Shown in pieces: positions 57,320 through 64,000 of a stretch of DNA of 64,000 nt. The first letter of the stretch is position 1, and each line of letters begins with the position of its first letter. Below the pieces are notes generated by a model, which was not told the DNA's origin, did not search any database, and saw only the letters and a program-made list of their open reading frames with translations. This stretch comes from Gammaproteobacteria bacterium. Its GTDB lineage: Bacteria > Pseudomonadota > Gammaproteobacteria > Pseudomonadales > Pseudohongiellaceae. Where the stretch lies: NCBI GenBank assembly GCA_002723195.1, contig PBNR01000044.1, positions 54,415-118,414 on the forward strand, given 5' to 3'. The position numbers and the translations under genes are program-made.

Positions 57320-58003
57320 TCAAGATCTTGGGCCAAAAAGTGCAGTTCCCAACCTAAGCATCGTTGACCCTTCGGCAATAGCAGCTTCAAGGTCATTACT
57401 CATTCCCATAGAAAGGGTATCCATTGTAGGGAATAAGTTTTGCAAACGGCTATATTCAACAAACAACTGTTGGAAACACTCTCTCTGTTTAGTGAAGTTT
57501 TGCTCCGGCGCTGGTATCGCCATTATTCCCCGAAGTCTAAGTTGCGGTAACTCTTTGACTAGTGCGCATAAACTCTGCGCGTTCTCTATATGAGTACCTG
57601 ATTTAGACTCCTCTTCAGATAAATTTACCTGAATACAAATGTTTAACTGGGACTTATTTGATGGCCGTTGTTCGTTTAATCGGATTGCTATTTTTTCACG
57701 ATCCAAACTTTGTACCCAGTTGAAGTGTTCCGCTATACCTTTAGTCTTATTGGATTGGATAGGGCCAATAAAATGCCAATTTAATTGCAGACTACTCAGT
57801 GCAATTATCTTTTTTTCAGCTTCTTGTAGAAAATTCTCGCCAAAGTTGACCACCCCGGAACTAGCGGCTTCACGAATGCTATTAATGGAGTGATGCTTGC
57901 TGACAGCCAACAACCTAAGGCTTTTCTCTCGGCGTCCGTATTTGATCTCAAGCTCTCGAATCTTTTTGATCGTAGCGGATATATTTTCTTTTATGTGGAC
58001 CAC
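57320..58003 (-). CDS. yggS: YggS family pyridoxal-phosphate homeostasis protein
   Basis: LLAVSKH (PLP lysine), WHFIGPIQSNK, and the MGMSNDLEAAI and GST.LRLGTALFG motifs. Confidence 0.92.
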   Translation of the reverse strand: MVHIKENISATIKKIRELEIKYGRREKSLRLLAVSKHHSINSIREAASSGVVNFGENFLQEAEKKIIALSSLQLNWHFIGPIQSNKTKGIAEHFNWVQSLDREKIAIRLNEQRPSNKSQLNICIQVNLSEEESKSGTHIENAQSLCALVKELPQLRLRGIMAIPAPEQNFTKQRECFQQLFVEYSRLQNLFPTMDTLSMGMSNDLEAAIAEGSTMLRLGTALFGPRS

Positions 58004-58186
58004 GTTTTAGAACTTTATGGTGAGCTTTATCAAATGAATATTTACTATATTTCACGCTTTTATCGGCATATTAGGGTAATGTATTTCTATAGCGCCCAAT
58101 TTGCTACTTATCATTTATACAATATTTGTTTTGTGGGTAGTCGTCCCTGATACTACAGTAGTTTTAGGTCTCGAACCCTATTTTTA

Positions 58187-58636
58187 TTACTGTAAATTGT
58201 ATTCGTTAAACCAGCTTTCCAGAATAATTTGCGCCGCCACGCCATCGATGGGTTTCTTTTTCCTGCTCTCTTGACTGTTTATGATTTGGTTAATAGCGGC
58301 TTTTGAAGAAAGTCTTTCGTCAATTCCGTAGCAGTTAATTTTGAAGCGGCCGCTGACTCGGTTAGCAAATTTAATTGCGCGATTTAAAAGTTCACTACTA
58401 CTTCCATCCATATTGTAGGGTAGACCAACAACGCAGCAATCCGGTTTCCATTCCTCCAAAAGTTTTTTAACCTGACCCCAGTCTGGAACTCCATTCTTCG
58501 CGTCTAGTACCGCAACGGCTTTCGCAGTGGCAGAAATACTTTGACCAAAAGCGACACCAATGCGCTCGGTGCCATAATCGAAAGAAAGTGCTGTGATCGG
58601 ATTAGGGCATGTGCTGGGAAAGAGGTTTATGGGCAT
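58187..58636 (-). CDS. ruvX: Putative pre-16S rRNA nuclease / Holliday junction resolvase-like YqgF
   Basis: ALSFDYGTERIGVA, GLPYNMDGS and DERLSS. Confidence 0.92.
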   Translation of the reverse strand: MPINLFPSTCPNPITALSFDYGTERIGVAFGQSISATAKAVAVLDAKNGVPDWGQVKKLLEEWKPDCCVVGLPYNMDGSSSELLNRAIKFANRVSGRFKINCYGIDERLSSKAAINQIINSQESRKKKPIDGVAAQIILESWFNEYNLQ

Positions 58637-58656
58637 TTCAGGGGTCTAAGCTACCG

Positions 58657-59235
58657 TTACGAATGGCCGGTTTGGGGAGAGATTTGTTGCATATCTATGC
58701 CGAGTAGAGCCGCTGCTTTATTGACTTTCGAAGCGTGATCTTTAGAAAAAATTAATTCTGAACTTGCAGGTGCAGTCAACCATGCATTCTCGCTAATCTC
58801 TCGTTCTAACTGCCCAGCTTCCCATCCTGCACAGCCAAGTGCTATAAGATAGTTAGAAGGCCCGCTTCTACTTGCAATGTCTTTTAATATAGATTTGGAA
58901 GTGCAGATAGTAATGTTAGAAGTTACTGAAATGGAAGATTCCCAACGGTTTTCTGCATCATGGATTATGAAGCCTTTATCAGGCTCCACAGGTCCGCCTG
59001 CAAGAACATGTTGCTTCTGAAACTCATCTTCGTCTGCATCACAGACAATATCTAATTCATCAAGAATGTCGAAAACATTGGCTTGCAGAGGCTTATTGAT
59101 CACTATGCCCAACGCACCTTGTTTATTGTGTTTCCAGAGATACGTTACGGTATTCGAAAAATAGGAATCGGCCAACTGGGGCATGGCGATAAGAAATTGA
59201 TTTTCTAGATAGTTCTCTAGTGAGCTGTCAGCCAT
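58657..59235 (-). CDS. yqgE: YqgE/AlgH family protein
   Basis: FLIAMPQLADSYFSNTVTYLWKHNKQGALGIVINKP and GGPVEPDKGF.IH. Confidence 0.9.
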   Translation of the reverse strand: MADSSLENYLENQFLIAMPQLADSYFSNTVTYLWKHNKQGALGIVINKPLQANVFDILDELDIVCDADEDEFQKQHVLAGGPVEPDKGFIIHDAENRWESSISVTSNITICTSKSILKDIASRSGPSNYLIALGCAGWEAGQLEREISENAWLTAPASSELIFSKDHASKVNKAAALLGIDMQQISPQTGHS

Positions 59236-59254
59236 TAAACCAACCGGAGAGTCT

Positions 59255-60163
59255 TCAGAAGCTAGTTAATGCGTTGCCTTCGTGGAAACGCCAAGTACGT
59301 ATGATCTCGAGTATATCAGCTTCGGCCCGCATTGCCTCAGGAAGTGGGTCAAAAGGAGAGGCTAGGTGTACAATTCTTTCGGCAGCGTCATCCAGGATAC
59401 TAAAGCCGGACGATTTCAGAATTCGAACCTCACGTACCTGCCCGTCCGGTAAGATGGCTACAAGCATTCGCAAGCTGCCATAAATTTGTTCCCGTCTCGC
59501 TTGATCTGGGTAATTAATGTTACCAACTGCTTCAATCCGTCGGCGCCAGTTGTCTAGATATGCAGCATCATGGCTCTTTTGAGTAGAAGCAGAAGAGATA
59601 GTGTAGTGGCGCGGTCGCTTTGCATAGGCCTGTCTTTGTTGATCGAGTTGAGCTTGTAAACTCTTGATGGCTAAATTTAATTCATGCACTGTCGTCTCTT
59701 CTTTAATTAGACGCTTATCTTCTCCTCGATCTGTGTCTATAGGTTGGCGGGTTTGATCATAACCCGCGATAGAAGTAATGACGGCTAAATCAGTTTCATG
59801 AACTTCATTCATTGCCGCTTGCGGAGAATAAATAGGAGCTACTTCTTGAATGAAGTCGCTATTAAAATTTGAGTCGAATGGGGTACTTGGTGAAGTCTTC
59901 TCTTCAAGATTGCCACTACCAATTTGATTTTCCTGGCTTAGAAAATCAGCCTCGTTTGGCCTGAGTTCGCTCCGATATTGAGCTAGAGTAATTTCAAGGG
60001 AAGGCTTACTATTTAGTTGTTCTAGATAGGTGAACCCGACCCCTAGAATTACAATCGCATGGGCACATATAGAGAGAAAAACGGTAAAACCGAATCGCTC
60101 TTTAGATAGTTCTGCATCGCTTGGTGTCATAACTCTTTCTCGCTCTACAAGATTAAGCAACAC
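59255..60163 (-). CDS. tonB: TonB-family energy transducer (GTG at 60163 overlaps the gshB stop; ATG at 60130 is an alternative start)
   Basis: The TM segment FTVFLSICAHAIVILGV has the S-x3-H motif. The C-terminal TonB domain is YPDQARREQIYGSLRMLVAILPDGQVREVRILKSSGFSILDDAA. Confidence 0.8.
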   Translation of the reverse strand: MLLNLVERERVMTPSDAELSKERFGFTVFLSICAHAIVILGVGFTYLEQLNSKPSLEITLAQYRSELRPNEADFLSQENQIGSGNLEEKTSPSTPFDSNFNSDFIQEVAPIYSPQAAMNEVHETDLAVITSIAGYDQTRQPIDTDRGEDKRLIKEETTVHELNLAIKSLQAQLDQQRQAYAKRPRHYTISSASTQKSHDAAYLDNWRRRIEAVGNINYPDQARREQIYGSLRMLVAILPDGQVREVRILKSSGFSILDDAAERIVHLASPFDPLPEAMRAEADILEIIRTWRFHEGNALTSF

Positions 60164-61122
60164 TAGCCTTTTATTGTTTCAATTTTGCCCTCGATACAAT
60201 CCATGAGCTCGCCGGCAATATCTAGATTCTTAGCCCGATCAATTTCTCGCAGGCAAGTTGGGCTTGTTACATTTACTTCGGTTAGATAATCGCCAATTAT
60301 ATCAAGACCAACAAATAGTAAACCTTTTTCTTTTAGCACAGGGCTGATTTCGTCACATATCCAACGATCTCTGTCGCTTAATTCCTGTGCAACGCCCGAG
60401 CCACCTGCTGCAAGATTACCCCTTGTTTCACCAATTGAAGGAATACGAGCTAAACAATAGTCTATCGGCTTTCCATCAATCATTAATATGCGCTTATCCC
60501 CTGCGGATATTTCCGGGATATATTTCTGTGCCATTATTTGACGTTGACCACCCGATGTTAAGGTTTCGATGATAACACTTAAATTCATGTCATCTTGCTT
60601 TACTCTAAATATTGAAGTTCCGCCCATTCCATCAAGAGGCTTATAAATTACGTCTTTGTGTAAATCGTGGAATGCTTTAAGTTGATTTTCAGAAGAGGCC
60701 ACTAGAACTGGAGGGCAGCATTGTGGAAATTGAGTAGCAAATAATTTTTCGTTACAGTCTCTTAAACTTCGAGGATCGTTGACTATCAGTGTGCCTTCGC
60801 ATTGGGCGCGCTCTAGTAAGTAAGTGGAATAAATGTAATCTAGATTAAAAGGGGGATCTTTGCGCATTAGTATGACATCGAGTTGCGACAGCGGCTGTTC
60901 TGAAAGGCCCCCTAAATCGTACCAAGAATCTTTCTCGTCCTTAACAGACAATGCCTGCATGGCGGCTCTTGGTTCTCCTTGGTTCATATACAGATCGGAT
61001 TGCAGCATGTAGTTAATAGCCCATCCTCGCTTTTGCGCTGCTAACAGCATAGCTAGAGTGGTATCTTTTTTTACTGTTATGGACTCAATTGGATCCATCA
61101 CAACCCCAAGCTTTATGCCCAT
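60163..61122 (-). CDS. gshB: Glutathione synthetase (ATP-grasp)
   Basis: MGIKLGVVMDPIESI..KKDTTLAMLLAAQ.RGW, IYKPLDGMGG and EVNVTSPTC. Confidence 0.95.
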   Translation of the reverse strand: MGIKLGVVMDPIESITVKKDTTLAMLLAAQKRGWAINYMLQSDLYMNQGEPRAAMQALSVKDEKDSWYDLGGLSEQPLSQLDVILMRKDPPFNLDYIYSTYLLERAQCEGTLIVNDPRSLRDCNEKLFATQFPQCCPPVLVASSENQLKAFHDLHKDVIYKPLDGMGGTSIFRVKQDDMNLSVIIETLTSGGQRQIMAQKYIPEISAGDKRILMIDGKPIDYCLARIPSIGETRGNLAAGGSGVAQELSDRDRWICDEISPVLKEKGLLFVGLDIIGDYLTEVNVTSPTCLREIDRAKNLDIAGELMDCIEGKIETIKG

Positions 61123-61313
61123 TATTGATTCCTGATAAAAGACCGGCTTAATTTTGGTATCTGTTCAATCAATTCCTAAGCGCAGAGAAATCATATCTCA
61201 CTTTAACCGGAGAAGCGATTCTACAAGAATTAAGCTTTTAGTCATTAACTAGTTCTTCTCTATCATGTTAAACAGTCTATAATGGACAATTTAAACTCTA
61301 GGTGTGTTAAAGA

Positions 61314-61841
61314 GTGAGGTTGATTGGTTTTTGTTGGGGCATTGGGGGCATTCTTCTGATTTTGCTGTTTGCAATTTATCGATTAACACCAATGGCTTTG
61401 GAGCTTGAGTATCTTCCAATGAGGATTTCCCATTGGCTTTCTTTAATTATTAGTATTATCTATATGGCCTACGCAGAAGGTTATAAAGGTTTCCACCTTA
61501 GCTTTGCCCCTAGGGCGGTGTTGCGAGCAATGTACTTGCAAGAAAACCCGAAAACAGTACATGTAATAATGGCGCCACTTTTCTGTATGGGTTTTATACA
61601 TGCAACAAGGAAGAGACGGTTATTATCGATAGGGCTTACCTTGATGATTTTCTGCTTTGTTGTTCTTATCCGTTTTGTGCCACAACCATGGCGAGGGATT
61701 TTGGATGCCGGGGTCGTCGTTGGTTTGAGCATCGGCGTTATTTCAATTTTTTATTATATTTATCAGGTAAGAAATAATCCTGAAATATTTTCAGTAACTG
61801 CAGATGTTCCACATAATGATTGGGGAATAAAGTTTACTTGA
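61314..61841 (+). CDS. Hypothetical polytopic membrane protein
   Basis: This 175-aa protein has a GTG start and 4-5 hydrophobic helices. I recognise no motif. Confidence 0.4.
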   Translation: MRLIGFCWGIGGILLILLFAIYRLTPMALELEYLPMRISHWLSLIISIIYMAYAEGYKGFHLSFAPRAVLRAMYLQENPKTVHVIMAPLFCMGFIHATRKRRLLSIGLTLMIFCFVVLIRFVPQPWRGILDAGVVVGLSIGVISIFYYIYQVRNNPEIFSVTADVPHNDWGIKFT

Positions 61842-61871
61842 TTCCAATATAATGAAGAGAATTTGTTCTTT

Positions 61872-62780
61872 ATGAGCAATTATGAAAAAAAGAGAAGCTG
61901 CGCCATAGTAGTGACATATAAGCCCGATGTTACAGCGATGTTAAAGTTGCTTGGGCAGCTTAATAAAGAGACGGATTTTATTGTAATCGACAATTTCTCC
62001 CCGGGAATTGAACGAATTTCACAATCTATTACTGTGTACAAGCGTTGTAAGGATTTAGTTAGACTAGATACAAATAAAGGTTTAGCGAAAGCATTAAATA
62101 TCGGTATCGAATGGAGTATTGCAAATAGCTACGATTTCGTTTTTTTATTTGACCAGGACAGCAGCCTTTGCGACTTATTTGTTAATCGTATGATCGAAGC
62201 GTACTATGACGCTAAACAATACAGTAAACGAGTCATAGCAGCTGTTGGTCCGCGTATCATTAATCCACAAACGATGCGTCAAAAACCATTTAAGCTATTT
62301 AATCGGTTAATACTTCGCTCTGATCAGGTTTATGCTAAGTCGACCTCTCATTTTATAGCTGATTTTCTAATCACATCGGGGACATTATTAATACTCAAAC
62401 ATATTAAAGAAATTGGCAGCATGAAAGAAAGCTATTTTATCGACAATATAGACCTTGAGTGGTGCTTTCGAGCTAAGTCTAAAAACTATGATTTAGTTGG
62501 AACCGATGATGCTGTTTTATACCACGCAATAGGTGAACGTAGCAGAAATCCTTTAGTGAGGGCAGGGGTCATGGCTCAACATAATCCAACCAGAAGTTAT
62601 TATTCTTCTAGAAATAGAACTCATCTGTATAGCGTGCCCTACTCCCCATTAGGATGGAAACTACGGGATATGATTCGTTTTTCCATTAAAGCATCTTGGA
62701 TATTAATTACCTCGGATAACCGCAGGGCTTACTGGCAAAATATACGGTCCGGAATTCGGGATGCAAAAATAATTAGCTAA
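61872..62780 (+). CDS. Family 2 glycosyltransferase (rhamnosyltransferase-like). ATG at 61872 is preferred over TTG at 61863.
   Basis: CAIVVTYKPD, IVIDNFS and the DxD-like FLFDQDS. The C-terminal region resembles WbbL/RgpB-type GT2 enzymes. Confidence 0.75.
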   Translation: MSNYEKKRSCAIVVTYKPDVTAMLKLLGQLNKETDFIVIDNFSPGIERISQSITVYKRCKDLVRLDTNKGLAKALNIGIEWSIANSYDFVFLFDQDSSLCDLFVNRMIEAYYDAKQYSKRVIAAVGPRIINPQTMRQKPFKLFNRLILRSDQVYAKSTSHFIADFLITSGTLLILKHIKEIGSMKESYFIDNIDLEWCFRAKSKNYDLVGTDDAVLYHAIGERSRNPLVRAGVMAQHNPTRSYYSSRNRTHLYSVPYSPLGWKLRDMIRFSIKASWILITSDNRRAYWQNIRSGIRDAKIIS

Positions 62781-62799
62781 CTATTACACCAGTCGTTCA

Positions 62800-63738
62800 A
62801 TGAATCTTAATCCTAAAATTGCAATTTTGCTATGTACCCATAATGGGGAGGAATATCTAGTAGAGCAACTGACCTCCATAGTTGAACAATCATATTCTAA
62901 TTATATTATTGTAATTTGGGACGATGCCTCTTCAGATTCCACACCTGACTTAATTTCTAAATTTGCAAAGACCTATCCGGAAAAAACCCATATCGTTTCC
63001 AATCATAATAATAATTTGGGCGCAAGAGGCTCTTTTTCATTTCTTATAGAGTATGTTTTAAAAAATAAGGATATTCTGGATTTGGAAGATGCTTACATGA
63101 TGTTCTGTGATCAGGATGATATTTGGCTCAAGAATAAAGTTGAAGAACTTGTAAACACGATCATCAATGCTGAGGAAAGCGCAAATGAAGTGCGTTTCCC
63201 CGTGCTTGTCCATTCGGATCTAATAGTGGTATCAGAAAAAAACCAGAATATTTCTGAGTCGTTTATTAATTATCAGGGTTTGGAGATAAAACGAAATCGG
63301 TTTGCGAATATGGTAATTAGCAACTTAGTTACTGGGTGCACCGCTATGATTAATGAAAGCCTGGCGAGAAAGGCCATTCCAATCCCTAAACATGCCATTA
63401 TGCATGACTGGTGGTTAGCTTTGGTTGCAGCTGCATTTGGTAAAGTGATTTTTCTTACTAAGCCATTGGTTCGCTATCGACAACATAGTAACAATGCCAT
63501 TGGAGCGAAGGAATTTGTAAAATCCTCTCCTAATGCCAGATCCTTTTGGAGGAATCTATTTGGGATGAAGGGTAATGAACACTTATACGAAGTTGCCAAA
63601 CAGGCTAAATATTTTCAAAGGCGCTTTAAATCTGAATTGGGTTTTAAAGAAAATTTAGGATTAAGAATTTCATCTTGCATGTCTGTGAGGATTGGGATAG
63701 TGCAGAGATTTTTTTATCGTATTGCCCGCTGGTTTTAG
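62800..63738 (+). CDS. Family 2 glycosyltransferase
   Basis: KIAILLCTHNGEEYLVEQLTSIVEQSY, IWDDASSD and the DxD motif FCDQDDIW. Confidence 0.8.
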   Translation: MNLNPKIAILLCTHNGEEYLVEQLTSIVEQSYSNYIIVIWDDASSDSTPDLISKFAKTYPEKTHIVSNHNNNLGARGSFSFLIEYVLKNKDILDLEDAYMMFCDQDDIWLKNKVEELVNTIINAEESANEVRFPVLVHSDLIVVSEKNQNISESFINYQGLEIKRNRFANMVISNLVTGCTAMINESLARKAIPIPKHAIMHDWWLALVAAAFGKVIFLTKPLVRYRQHSNNAIGAKEFVKSSPNARSFWRNLFGMKGNEHLYEVAKQAKYFQRRFKSELGFKENLGLRISSCMSVRIGIVQRFFYRIARWF

Positions 63739-64000
63739 TCAAAGATAAAATTCAGATTCCGCCAGAAATTTTCTACAGAACAGTCTTTTGCTACGGATGT
63801 TAATCCAGCATTTCTTATTGATCCCCACAGTCTTTCGTCTTTATATAATCGTAGGCATTGGTTAGCGAAATCCTCTGGATCAACTCCGGCCAATAATTCT
63901 TTTTCATGTTGCCAGTCTAATTGGTGGGCCAATAAAGGAGTCGCCACGCAAGGAATTCCCACTGCTGCCGCTTCGTGAACTTTATGAGGAATTCCCGCCG
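63735..64000 (-). CDS. C-terminal fragment of a GT1/GT4-type glycosyltransferase (5' part lies beyond the window edge)
   Basis: The reading frame stays open to position 64000. Reading upstream of the track 'start' gives ...HKVHEAAAVGIPCVATPLLAHQL, which is typical of the GT-B C-terminal domain. Confidence 0.55.
   Translation of the reverse strand, partial: AGIPHKVHEAAAVGIPCVATPLLAHQLDWQHEKELLAGVDPEDFANQCLRLYKDERLWGSIRNAGLTSVAKDCSVENFWRNLNFIFD

Noticed and set aside
1-64000. tRNA, rRNA, CRISPR arrays, IS elements, integrases, prophage or toxin-antitoxin modules
   Set aside because: I saw no T-loop/acceptor-type sequences, no regularly spaced direct repeats and no transposase-, integrase- or phage-like translations in the six-frame track. 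This was a visual scan only and is not exhaustive for short repeats.

Overview
The window is a chromosomal, mostly housekeeping segment of a moderately AT-rich gammaproteobacterium. The taxon is inferred only from Pseudomonas/Cellvibrionales-like gene order: waaF-waaC-waaG-waaP-kinase, metX-metW-rdgB-hemW, yggS-proC-yggT and gshB-tonB-yqgE-ruvX.

There are about 58 credible protein genes. They include:
- an LPS inner-core/lipid A block (waaF, waaC, waaG, waaP, a dual LPS kinase, lpxL, hldE, waaA);
- the glycine cleavage operon gcvT-gcvH-gcvP, plus a distant gcvR-like gene;
- lhr, rppH-ptsP and lgt-thyA-folA;
- argE, phhB, hemW, rdgB, metW, metX, proC and gshB.

I saw no tRNA, rRNA, CRISPR array, transposase or integrase.

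The most unusual content is the first 7.3 kb, a tightly packed seven-gene + strand cluster:
- a MotA/TolQ/ExbB-type proton channel;
- a cytoplasmic Hsp70-like protein with degenerate ATPase motifs and an FHA-like tail;
- two paralogous proteins, each combining an ExbD/TolR-like Asp-bearing transmembrane anchor, a coiled coil and a periplasmic vWA (MIDAS) head;
- two lipoproteins and an M48 zinc-protease lipoprotein.

I do not recognise this as any characterised MotAB, TolQRA, ExbBD-TonB, GldLM or Zorya arrangement.

Other leads:
- a secreted AhpC/TSA-type redoxin whose only interruption is an in-frame TGA at the first Cys of W-C-P-F-C (selenoprotein candidate);
- a CTGT-N8-ACAG SOS box 38 nt upstream of lhr;
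- a 0.4-kb gene-free, structured region after lhr that contains a 13-nt copy of the 16S rRNA 3' tail.

All calls come from reading the supplied translations and sequence, with family motifs recalled from memory. No searches were run.
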